A stretch of 63,419 bases of DNA, counting the filler, from Thraustochytrium aureum (lineage: Eukaryota), in assembly GCA_012862495.1 (NCBI GenBank). It is 5 parts of 4 records of this genome, joined end to end, with 100 filler letters (N's around TTAATTAATTAA, not from the genome) between each part and the next. Parts side by side here need not be neighbours in the genome. Positions count along the whole stretch, not along the records: positions 24,318 to 43,667 come from BLSG01000193.1; 4 more parts are not named here. One strand, given 5' to 3'. Both the position numbers and the translations under genes were made by a program. The notes beneath the pieces are model-generated. The model saw only the letters and a list, made by a program, of their open reading frames with translations. It had not been told where the DNA came from and did not search any database. Below, piece after piece: positions 24,352 to 35,608 of this stretch. How positions within the stretch are numbered: the first letter of the stretch is position 1; each line of letters opens with the position of its first letter.

Positions 24352-25623
24352 ATGGCAGACGCAGCCCCTGCGCACCACGAGCTCCGCGAAAGCGACGACT
24401 TTGATGACGCTGCGCTCACGGGCCTGCCCACACGCAAGCGCCAGCGGGTTGCTCCAGGAGCCGCGAGCCATTCAGAGGAAGGCCCTGCGCCCCTGGAGTG
24501 GCGCGTGGGCCGTAGCGAGATGGCCCACGACCTCATGCGTGCTTGTGGCCTGCTGCACGCCCTTCGAGTCGTCGCCCCGGAACCAGCCACGCTGCGCGAG
24601 ATGGCCGCGTTCCACGACGAGGACTACCTCGGCGCACTGGCAGGCTGGCGGCGCCTTCTTGACGCGCCAGACTCGGACGAGCTGGCCGCGAGGGATCTAG
24701 CGCGCTTCAACCTCGTCGACGATTCGGCCGTCTTTCCGGATGTTGACCACCACGCGGCCTGGGCGGCTGGAGGCACGCTCGCCGCAGCGCGCGAGCTCGT
24801 CGCGGCCAGGGCGTCCATAGCAATCGTAAGTCGAAAGGGCCGCGCGCCGGCTGCGCCGGCTGCCTGCTCTGCTCCGACGCCCTGCCATCTGACCGGCGCG
24901 GGCGCACGCTCGGCATCGCGCAGAACTGGACCGGCGGCCGTCACCACGCACAAAGGGCCCGCGCGGCTGGGTTTTGCTACGTGAACGACGTTGTTCTTGG
25001 CGTCCTCGAGCTGCAGCGCCGCTTCCCCAAGGTCCTTTGCCTCGACATCGACGTCCACCACGGCGACGGCACCGAGGCCGCGTTTCTCCACTCGGACAAA
25101 GTGTTCACCTGCTCGTTCCACCAATATGAGCCCGGGTTCTACCCCGGAACTGGAAGCCCGTCCAACGTGGGTCGCGGGCGCGGCTGCGGCTTCAACCTCA
25201 ACGTGGCTTTGCCGAGCCTCACATCAGGGGGCGACTTTGTTCTCAAATTCAAGGCCGTGCTCCGGCAGGTCTTGCCCGCCTTCCGACCGCACGCCGTTGT
25301 GCTTGTGTGCGGCGTGGACGGGCTCGCGCGAGATCCTCGCGGCGGTCTGCGCCTCGACATTTGTCACTATGTCCAGTGCGCAGAGTTCCTTCGCGGCATC
25401 CTGGGCCACACCGCAGCCGCGACCGCGAAGGGCCGCAGACCCCGCGCCCCGTGCGCGACGCGCCCCCACGCCCCTCTTAGTTCTCGGCGCTGGTGGCTAT
25501 CACTTTGCTGACACTGCGCGGTGCTGGACGCGCGTCACGGCGGCGCTCGCAGGTGCAACGGTGCCGGACGAGGTACCCGACCACGACTTCTTCGAGTTCT
25601 ATGGCCCCTCGTGGCGTCTTTAG
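24352..25623 (+). CDS. Class I histone deacetylase (HDAC8-like); intron 24826-24923, frameshift ~25460
   Basis: AFHDEDYL, then AI|NWTGGRHHA..AAGFCYVND after splicing GTAAGT...CAG. Also DIDVHHGDG, FYPGTG, CGVDGL and LLVLGAGGY. Confidence 0.92.
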
Positions 25624-26028
25624 TCTGGCCTCGAGGCTGATCGATGGCCCGGCGGCCGCCCTGGCTACCTATCTCCATCCACTCGTCGGACGGACGCGTG
25701 CTTGGCCCAGCATCGCGAGTGAACCCGTGTCAACCTCAAGGCGAGGACCACCTGCGTCAAACGTTATATCCGTTGAATTTGGTCAATTCAATCAACAGGT
25801 CAGCCGAGTCGTTGCTGTGCCCACGGGCCGCGACGCAGACCGCAGCCACTGCTGCGCGCGCGCTCGCGAAGACTAGGGCGTCGAGCGAGAGGGCTGGTTG
25901 GTTTGCGTGTTGATCCCGTTCGGGCTGCGCTCGCTTGACCGCGGCAAGGGCAAGGTGACAAGCGGCTTGGCAAGCCGCGAGGAAGGCGGAAGCCCAGGAG
26001 GCGGCGATTATTCGGCGCAGGGCGCAGG

Positions 26029-28463
26029 ATGGAGCCGGACCAAGCCGCCTGTCAGGACGAGCTCTTGCAGCGCGTCCTCGATGAGAAACTCTGGCTAAGT
26101 GAGAGCGGCCAGAGCGCCCGAAGCCTGTCCTCCGCGGCGTCGGCCGCGGTCCTCCCCGCGAGCGCAGACGCACGCTGCGAACAAGCCGAGGCCGCCGGTA
26201 GCGCGGCGGCGGGGCGCCTACGGCTTGCCCGCGTCAAGTCCGAAGAGTTTCTTCGCGACCTCAAAAACCTCCACGGCCGCGCGCGACTCACCCCGCCGCC
26301 TCGACCGTTCCTGCGGAGAGCGAACCGCGGCAACGAAGGCGCGGGCCGACGAGCTCTCTTCAAGGCACTAATCACGGACCTGCTCAACAAGGTGGTCAAC
26401 GAGTTTAACGCCAAGGGGCAGGCGGGAAATGGCGCCACCGCCACCGCCTCGGAAGCAGCCGACCAGGCCGCCGAGGCCTGGCTCACGTCGACAAGCACCT
26501 ATTACATTATTCGAGAGCTGGCCCCACTGCTCGTTGACGGGTTGAGCGAGCTGGTGGCCGCCTCCGAGTTCGTCTCGGCGCGCAAAGCCGCGCTCGCCGC
26601 GAGCTCCGCCAAGCAGGTCGCCGAGCACGCTCCCGGCGGGGGCGGAAACAACGAGCTCGAGAAGGCCGAGGAAGAGGAGCGCATGGTCCTCATGCCGCTC
26701 AACTTCCTCGGGGCTTTTCTCATGCGGCACAACCCTGCGCACCCTGCGGCGTTGCTGAGGTCAAAGTCCAGGCGACGCGAGCGCGCCCAGTTCGAGTGCT
26801 CGACGATCGTTCACGAGTTTTTCGCCGAGCAAGCTGTGCGGCGTCGCATGGACGGAAGGCGCGCTCTATGGCGCACAGAGCAGGGCAAGGCGCTGATGGG
26901 CATCTGGAANNNNNNNNNNNNNNNNNNNNNNNNNNNNNNNNNNNNNNNNNNNNNNNNNNNNNNNNNNNNNNNNNNNNNNNNNNNNNNNNNNNNNNNNNNN
27001 NNNNNNNNNNNNNNNNNNNNNNNNNNNNNNNNNNNNNNNNNNNNNNNNNNNNNNNNNNNNNNNNNNNNNNNNNNNNNNNNNNNNNNNNNNNNNNNNNNNN
27101 NNNNNNNNNNNNNNNNNNNNNNNNNNNNNNNNNNNNNNNNNNNNNNNNNNNNNNNNNNNNNNNNNNNNNNNNNNNNNNNNNNNNNNNNNNNNNNNNNNNN
27201 NNNNNNNNNNNNNNNNNNNNNNNNNNNNNNNNNNNNNNNNNNNNNNNNNNNNNNNNNNNNNNNNNNNNNNNNNNNNNNNNNNNNNNNNNNNNNNNNNNNN
27301 NNNNNNNNNNNNNNNNNNNNNNNNNNNNNNNNNNNNNNNNNNNNNNNNNNNNNNNNNNNNNNNNNNNNNNNNNNNNNNNNNNNNNNNNNNNNNNNNNNNN
27401 NNNNNNNNNNNNNNNNNNNNNNNNNNNNNNNNNNNNNNNNNNNNNNNNNNNNNNNNNNNNNNNNNNNNNNNNNNNNNNNNNNNNNNNNNNNNNNNNNNNN
27501 NNNNNNNNNNNNNNNNNNNNNNNNNNNNNNNNNNNNNNNNNCCGCGATTGAGGAGCTGTCGCAGCATAATGCCGTCTCAAGATCGGCGTCGACCATGCGC
27601 GGCGCCTCGTCCTCGAGGCTGAGGCGCTCGATGGCGACCTGGAGTGCGAGCTCGGAGCGATCATCACGCAGTCGCGCGTCGACCTTGATGTCGCGACGCG
27701 ACGCACCGACGACGTCGAGAAGTTGTTCTGTGCCGCCAAATCGCTCTACCAGGAGCGCGAGTCGCGGGCACAGGCCGCGCGGGACGCGCGCGCTCAGGAG
27801 GCCAAGCGCCAGGCCGACGAGCTCGAACGGCAGCGCCTCGCCGAGCTCGCGGAGCGCAAGAGACGAGACGCTGAGGCATCCAGGGTAGCGGCTCTGCGGT
27901 CGATACACCACCCTGGGGGCTCGGGTGCCGACGAGCAGGAGGAAGACGACGCCAGACGGGCCCTCGCAAGGGCGACGCTGATCGCCGAAGAAGAGCGAGA
28001 GCGGCTCGCCGAGCAGGCGCGGCTCGACGCGCAGCGCCGGGTCTCGCGCAAGCGCGGAGGCGAGTCGCGCAAACGTATTTCGAAGGGCGACATCTCGCAG
28101 CTCAGCAAGTCTGGCAACGCGAAGGACCTCAAGGTGCTCCTCGAGCAGGCCGCTGAAAAGACGGCCGACATGGCCAAGCTTGTCAACGAGACGGACAAGA
28201 ACGGCTCGACGCCCCTGATGCACGTGGCCTGGCCTGGCAACCTCGAGTGCGCCGCCTTGCTCCTCAGCCACGGGGCGGACCCGCTTGCCACAAACTTGCG
28301 CCTCAACACGCCGCTGCACTTTGCCTTTGAGCGCGGCCACGTCCAGTTTGCGCGCTTGCTGCTGGACCACGGCGGCGAGCGCGCGCTCAACATCAAGAAC
28401 GCGCTGGGCAAGACCCCGACGGACCTCAATCCGGCAATGCGAGCGCAGCTCGGGCTCGCGTAG
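26029..28463 (+). CDS. Protein with Dpy-30/RIIa-like docking motif (EFCAB5-like), coiled coil and C-terminal ankyrin repeats (gap 26910-27541; may be two genes)
   Basis: YYIIRELAPLLVDGLSEL...PLNFLGAFLMRHNP. Ankyrin motifs GSTPLMHVA, LNTPLHFA and GKTP. Confidence 0.6.
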
Positions 28464-28576
28464 TTCGTACCTTGTATAATTATGAGACATGACAAGCACA
28501 CAGAGTAAAAGTGAACAACAAATACATTGCTGGCCTCTCCGATACACGAATCTTGGCAGACCCCCGGCCTGATTCG

Positions 28577-30425
28577 CTACCGCTCGTCCGCACCGCCCCC
28601 GCCGCCCTCGCTAATGTACTCGTAGAGTCGCTTGTACTGCTCCTGCAGCTCTTGGTTTTGCTCGCGCAGCTCTGCGAGTTGAACCTCCAAGCCCCCCTNA
28701 GGCTCGCTCGCAGCCGCAGTGCTCGTCAGTGCGAGGACGGCATCCGCCCCGACGGCGCGACCTCGCCGCTCGGCGTCGAGCTCTGCCCGCAGAATGCGCT
28801 GCTGCCCGCGCTCTTCGTTCAGGGCTGCCTCCAGCTGCGCGCTCGACTCCTTCGCCGCGGTGAGCTGCAGTTTCNNNNNNNNNNNNNNNNNNNNNNNNNN
28901 NNNNNNNNNNNNNNNNNNNNNNNNNNNNNNNNNNNNNNNNNNNNNNNNNNNNNNNNNNNNNNNNNNNNNNNNNNNNNNNNNNNNNNNNNNNNNNNNNNNN
29001 NNNNNNNNNNNNNNNNNNNNNNNNNNNNNNNNNNNNNNNNNNNNNNNNNNNNNNNNNNNNNNNNNNNNNNNNNNNNNNNNNNNNNNNNNNNNNNNNNNNN
29101 NNNNNNNNNNNNNNNNNNNNNNNNNNNNNNNNNNNNNNNNNNNNNNNNNNNNNNNNNNNNNNNNNNNNNNNNNNNNNNNNNNNNNNNNNNNNNNNNNNNN
29201 NNNNNNNNNNNNNNNNNNNNNNNNNNNNNNNNNNNNNNNNNNNNNNNNNNNNNNNNNNNNNNNNNNNNNNNNNNNNNNNNNNNNNNNNNNNNNNNNNNNN
29301 NNNNNNNNNNNNNNNNNNNNNNNNNNNNNNNNNNNNNNNNNNNNNNNNNNNNNNNNNNNNNNNNNNNNNNNNNNNNNNNNNNNNNNNNNNNNNNNNNNNN
29401 NNNNNNNNNNNNNNNNNNNNNNNNNNNNNNNNNNNNNNNNNNNNNNNNNNNNNNNNNNNNNNNNNNNNNNNNNNNNNNNNNNNNNNNNNNNNNNNNNNNN
29501 NNNNNNNNNNNNNNNNNNNNNNNNNNNNNNNNNNNNNNNNNNNNGCCTTTTCTTCCTTTTTTCGAGGTCTCGTTCGGTTTCAAGATTGATAGAGTTGCTC
29601 TTGGTTTGTGGCACTTTGTGGGATCGTTTGGGCGCGTTGACGCAGGACGAGTACTCTGCTCTTGGCGTGCAGAGGCTGAAAAGGGCCTTCATGGCTGCGA
29701 GCAATGGGCCAATAGCTTTCTCGAAAGTGTCCATGGTCGTCAACAATGTGGCCGCAGGAAGGGAGTCTTCGAGCAGCTGCGCGCATTTCATTTGGGCGGT
29801 CGGTGAAAAGGTCGGAAATGTGCGCGCTGACGTTGGGCCCGACGTCGAACCTCGCGGCGGCCGCCTTCTGCGAGTGCACAAGTTCCTCTACTTTGCCCTG
29901 CGTCATCGTTGTCGTGCCCGTTCCAATCGTGTCGCGACTCTTGGTCAAGTTCAACCAGGCCACCGGGGCGAGGACAGCCAGCCCGTCACAGCCCGCCTGG
30001 CACTTCGTCACTTGGTTCACCGCGCGGTCTTCCACCTCAGCAAGCACGCCGCTGCCCTCTCCAGCGGTCTTGGACGCAGTGCTGCTGTCGCCCTCGAGCG
30101 GCTCGGCAAGTTGCACCGTCGCACCGATCTCCCGGCCCACAGCGACTCTGGGCTCTCGTACTTGTGATGGGAGTTGAGCAAAGCCCCCGGGCGAAGCTCT
30201 GTGGCATAAACGGTAGAAGGGTTGTCGTGGTCGGCGATCTCTAGAGCTAGATCGAGTTCCACTGACAGACACGCGCTTGCGCGCTTCCGTCGACACGTCT
30301 CGGTCTGGGGCTCGCTTCATCGTGCAGCCGTGCCCCGAATCGAGCGCCCTGCGTTCAATGCACGCGCTCACGGTCGACGCATCCGAGTCCATCGCGTTCT
30401 GGGTGGCCTCGTTTTTGAGTCTACG
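28577..30425 (-). CDS. Fragmented coiled-coil protein (gaps and frameshifts)
   Basis: C-terminal heptad-rich sequence LEAALNEE...LAELREQNQELQEQYKRLYEY. Upstream pieces lie in several frames. Confidence 0.4.
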
Positions 30426-30922
30426 NNNNNNNNNNNNNNNNNNNNNNNNNNNNNNNNNNNNNNNNNNNNNNNNNNNNNNNNNNNNNNNNNNNNNNNNNNN
30501 NNNNNNNNNNNNNNNNNNNNNNNNNNNNNNNNNNNNNNNNNNNNNNNNNNNNNNNNNNNNNNNNNNNNNNNNNNNNNNNNNNNNNNNNNNNNNNNNNNNN
30601 NNNNNNNNNNNNNNNNNNNNNNNNNNNNNNNNNNNNNNNNNNNNNNNNNNNNNNNNNNNNNNNNNNAATCAGGAATGGCAAGATCGCCACGTAGAGTATG
30701 CACGCGTGCGTGGCGGTCGTGGTTGTGGTTGGGGCTGGGGCGGGCTCACGCTGGCGCGCATCATGATCGTTCTGCAGATTTCACGGTACGTACTCTACTC
30801 GAGTATACATAAGTAACCTGGCTCGCGCAGAGTACTCCTGGCACTACGAGTTGTAGAAAAGAAAGAGACCCTCGGTTTTCCTTTGCATGTTTGCCTTGCG
30901 AGAGAGTCGTGCCACTCGACCC

Positions 30923-33900
30923 TCACGCCGTCGATGGGCTGTCAAGCTTGATGACGTCGACGCCGTCCTGGATTGGATGGATGCTGGCTGGCGAGCCGCG
31001 GCCCTCGCGGCTGATTGGCGCGGACAATGTCCGAATCGCTCGGATAAAAGAGCGTGTTTTGCGAGACGATAATGTACGAGGGCAAGGCCGCGACGACGCA
31101 CGTGAGCAGCGCTGCGTACCAGAGCGTCGGACTCTGCATTGTCTCCCAGATCCCTGTCGCCTTGTTGACCGAGGAAAGCATGTTGGGAATGGTCTTCGTT
31201 TCGGACCACAAATAGCACGTGCCAAACCACAAGATGAACGACGCCGCGTACGCGGCGATCATGATCCGGTTCACGGTCTTGTTCTCGAGCCAAAGGCGCA
31301 TTGTGACAACCACGCTGACACACAGGTGAACGAAAGTGCCCAGGATCCAGATGTCGTGCGCACGCCCGCTCTCGTCCGTGGCGGTCGAGGGCCACCAGGC
31401 CAATGAGCCGACCAATAGAAAAGTGATGAGCGCGGACTGCGTAAAGCCCTCGCCAATCCAGCGCCAAAAAATGCGCTTGGAAAAGAAGCGCGCCAAATCG
31501 CTGCGCATGCTCCCCTCGCGGTAAAGTTCGGGGTGCGCCATGCAGCAAGTGTCGCTTATGTCTTGGTCAAAAACCCCGAAGAAGAGGATCGGGAACGAAG
31601 TGTACACGAGGTTGTAGCCCTGGTAGAAAGGGTAGTCGAGGTAAAAGTTTTGCCCCGAGGCGAGGCACACGAAAGCGTAGAAGAACTGGGGGAGGACCAG
31701 AATGGCGTTCTTGTAGAACATGTAGCAGACGAGGATGCCGACGCGGCGCGCGCTCCAGCGGCCGTGCACAAAAGCAGCCGGCGCAAAAACCGGAACCGCG
31801 CAATCGCAAAGTCTGCCGCGTTTGCGGCCTGCAGGCCTTCCTGGCCGTAGATCCCGATCCCCACATGCGCCTTCTGGATCATGGGCACATCGTTCGCGCC
31901 GTCGCCCACAGATAGGGTCTTGACTTGCGGGTCAGAGTCGCGCACGCTCTGCACGATGGTCGCCTTTTGGTCAGGGCTGACGCGAGCGCAGATCACCGAT
32001 TCGCAACAGTTTGCGATCGCCAAGAAGGCCGGCATGCGCTTGAAGGTTGTGAGCGCAAAGACGCTCTTGGTGTCGATGACGAGGCAAAAGGAACGACTGG
32101 TGGCCTGTTTGGCCTCGAAGCTCGCCGTGAGCGCGTCAAGCTCCTTCTCCAGGAGCTCTTCGGTGATCTCACGGTACTCGTACGCGTCGAAGAGCATGTA
32201 GAGCAGCTCCATATCGTGCGTCCAGAGCGCGCAGCTGAAGCCGATGTTTACTGCCGTGTCAACCTTGTCTCCGGTCAACATCCAGACCTTGATACTGGCC
32301 TTCCGCACGGCCGAGATGGTTTCTGCCACCTCCTCTTGTAGCTTGTCCTCAATGGCCGTGCAGCCCACGAGGCAGAGCTCCGCCTCGATCTCGTCCTCCA
32401 GGGCTGCGATTCCTTCCTTGCGGTTCTCGAGCGCCACGCTGGCGTCGTGATACCTTGCGCTCCATTTCTCGTACGTCTCGCGGGAGAGCTCGCGCGTTGC
32501 GACGCAGAGCGTTCGCAGGCCCTCGGCAGCCAAGAGGTCCAGGCTCTCGAGGGTCTGCTTGGTGGCTGGCGCCTCTCGCTGCGAGGCGCTGAGGCGGTCG
32601 AGGATCACGTTGTCGGCGCCCTTGCAGTGGAGAATGATCTTCTTGGTCTCAGGGTCTTCAACGATCACCGAGCTCCGCTTCCGGTCGCTCGTAAATTCAA
32701 GGTTTTGCAACACCTGATACTCGACCAAGCCAATCATGGCCGCCTCGGGGTCCTGGCTGCTGTGCACGGGACGCTGCTCGATTACCATCGACTTGCGGCC
32801 ACGACGGACGAGCGAAAACCCGTTCTCTTTGGCAGCGTGGACCAACGCACCTTCGTCCGGCGAGCTGGCCGAGTACACGAGCGAGCCGTCCTCCCCGTGC
32901 TCTGGAATGACCGCGTGGTTGAGGGCGAGGGACTGGAAGAGGCAGCGCATGGCTGCGCTATCCTCCTTCGTGCTTGCTGCTAGCACGGTGGAGGCCTCGG
33001 ACGCAACGCGGAAGAGCTGGTTGTTGCACGAGCAAGCCTTGAACTTCATCTCGTTCGCAGTTAGCGTTCCAGTCTTGTCCGTGAAGATGTGCTCGATGCA
33101 GCCGAGCTCCTCGTTGAGTTCGGAGCAGTTCACCTTGGTGCTGCGCTTGGTCTCCTCGTGAAACATGCCGAGGTCCCACGAAATGAAAAAGCCCTGGCCG
33201 AACTTGACCATGTCGATCGTGACCAGGAGCGAGATCGGGATAAAATTCGTGAAGATGATCACGTAGTTGAAGAACCGCAGCACAAGCTCTGCCATAAAGT
33301 GGTGGTCCTCAACGGAGAGGTAATAGTAGTCGGACGACTTTGCCATGAGCAAGCTCGACGTGATCGCGGCGCTGATACAAAACAGGCACTGCATGCCGAA
33401 GATATACATCATGAGCTGTTGCGCCCCGTCCATGCACGAGCTCGTCTTGAAGCTTGTTACAGCAGCGTTCATGTGCAACTTGGTCTCTGCGCCGGCGTAC
33501 ACAACCACGCCAATCGCCCAGGTCGAGTTGCGCATCTGCGAGCCCCGAAGCAGAAGGTTCTTCGGACCCAGAGCGACCTTGATCTCGGACCCGGCCGACG
33601 ACCGGTACGAGATGGTGGCGTCAAAGGCCTCGAGGAGCTTGTTTGGGCCATCGCATACCAGGGTCGTGTCCTCCCCGAATGCGCGGAGGTCGTCTGGGAG
33701 GTCTGGAGCCACCTGACGCTGCTTGAGGTTGGTCTCTCCGTCAAGTCCAGCGGTCATCACGTAGACGACACGGTTGACAGAGTCGCTGCACGATAGCAGC
33801 GCGATATCGGCCGGTATCCGCTCGCGGTTCTTGAGCTTGACGATGGACCCCACCTTGAGCGAGCTCCAGGCCCTGTCCACAAAAACCATTTCGCCGTTCT

Positions 33901-34276
33901 CGTCAAAGTGCCCAAATACTTGAACATGCCTGTTGTTCTCGATGCGGTCAAACCGGTGGCGCGAGTAGTCTTCGAGAGCGTCCTTGACTGCCGTGACAAG
34001 GAGCACAAACGCGAGCGGCATTGCCATCGAGGGGTCGCCCTGTGTAATGGAGACCTCCATCCATGTCTGCAGAAACATGATAAGGAGAAAGTAGATGTTG
34101 GCTGCCCTGTGGAACTGCTTGTACAGGTTGAGGACTGGAAAGTTTAGCAGCGAGTAGTGGCTCGTCTTGATCGAGTTGTCTTTGACGTCTAGTTCGCCGG
34201 CTTGGACGACCTCCCCAGCTGGTTTGCGCAAGTTTACTAGAATGCTGCGCTTCACGGCCACGCCGCTCACCGAGGA
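30923..34276 (-). CDS. P4-type ATPase (phospholipid flippase); start in gap, frameshifts ~31770 and ~31005
   Basis: LDGETNLK, FIPISL, DKTGTLT, SSPDEGAL, CKGAD, WMLTGDK, GDGANDV and VHGRW..YMFYKN. Confidence 0.95.
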
Positions 34277-35608
34277 NNNNNNNNNNNNNNNNNNNNNNNN
34301 NNNNNNNNNNNNNNNNNNNNNNNNNNNNNNNNNNNNNNNNNNNNNNNNNNNNNNNNNNNNNNNNNNNNNNNNNNNNNNNNNNNNNNNNNNNNNNNNNNNC
34401 CAAGACGCGGCCCCAGACGCGCCAGAACCGCCAAGCCCAGCCGCGTTTCACTATTCGGCTTCCTGGAGCAAAGCCTTGGCGCCTTCGCGTTGACGGAGGC
34501 GCGGGAGGCCGCCTCCGCCTTGCTCTTGCGCTCTGCAAGAACGCGCAGCCGCGGTACAGTCGCCAAAATGGACAGCCGCTGGCGCCGCTCCTGCCCGTGC
34601 CGCGCTGCGACCTGCGGCCCGCTCTGCCGGGCCGGCCCTTGCGCAAGGTCCACTGCGCCGTGCGCCCGCCGCACGTCGCGCGCCAATACAAGCCTTGCTC
34701 GAGGCCAAGGAGTGTCGTCAGCCAGATCGATCTAGCTTCGGTTGCCGGATAAAAAGCGTGTTGTCGCCTCTCCCAGTGGCCGGACCTGATCAAGAGCGGC
34801 CTCAGCGCGGCTGCGACTTCGTCCAGCTCCCCTCACACGCGCTCATGCCCGTGCCCAGCCGTGCTGTTTGCCATTTCTGTGCGAGGGAGGGTGGGTGGTA
34901 CGTTGCAAAGCGAGTGCGTTTTCTCGCGCCGAGTTGCCGCCAACTTTCGATGCGTTGAGCTCGCTCTCCCAGCGCCGCACCAGCGCCGCGGCGCCGCCTG
35001 AAGCAGCAGCTGCAGGAATGCGCTTCTCCTTTCAAAACCTTTCCAATCGCCCTGCACGCAGCGGCAGTGTAGGCGCTCTGTGCGGGCCGGCCTGCATGCC
35101 CTTCGAGAGCGGCAACTCTCACTTTGATGTTTTCGGCTCGGCCAGGAGGACAAACGTAGTAGCACGGACGCGGCGATGAGCGGCCAACAAGTGCAAGAGC
35201 GTCCGAGAGCGGACGGGTCAAATGGCGCTGCAAACTGCAGCTGGGGAGGAGGGAGAGCAGGCCTGCGAAGGCTCGGGAGAGTCGTTGGAAGCCGAGCAGC
35301 TACATTCTCTCTGCTAACGGACACTTTTCCCGCTAAATATACTCTAGCGAGGTGCAGCTGAAAACACAGCGGGCTGAGTGTCCGTTCGCCGTCCCATCCA
35401 CGCAGCCTTGGACGCCGCTGCGGCGATCGCTACGCTACCGTGGTGGGTGGGGCCATTGCGACGCCAAGTTCTGCGCGCGCGCGACCGACGCCTCGATCAA
35501 GCCGCGGGGAAGGCCTTCTCTGCTCCGCCTCTTGGGCTTGCCTGCCCAATTAGGGCTTGAGCCTGGGCGCATGCGCGTCCTGCATGCATCTGGGCCGCGA
35601 AATGCCGA

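Noticed and set aside
34550..34700. GRF zinc finger
   Set aside because: Only a loose resemblance, and key Cys and Phe residues are missing.
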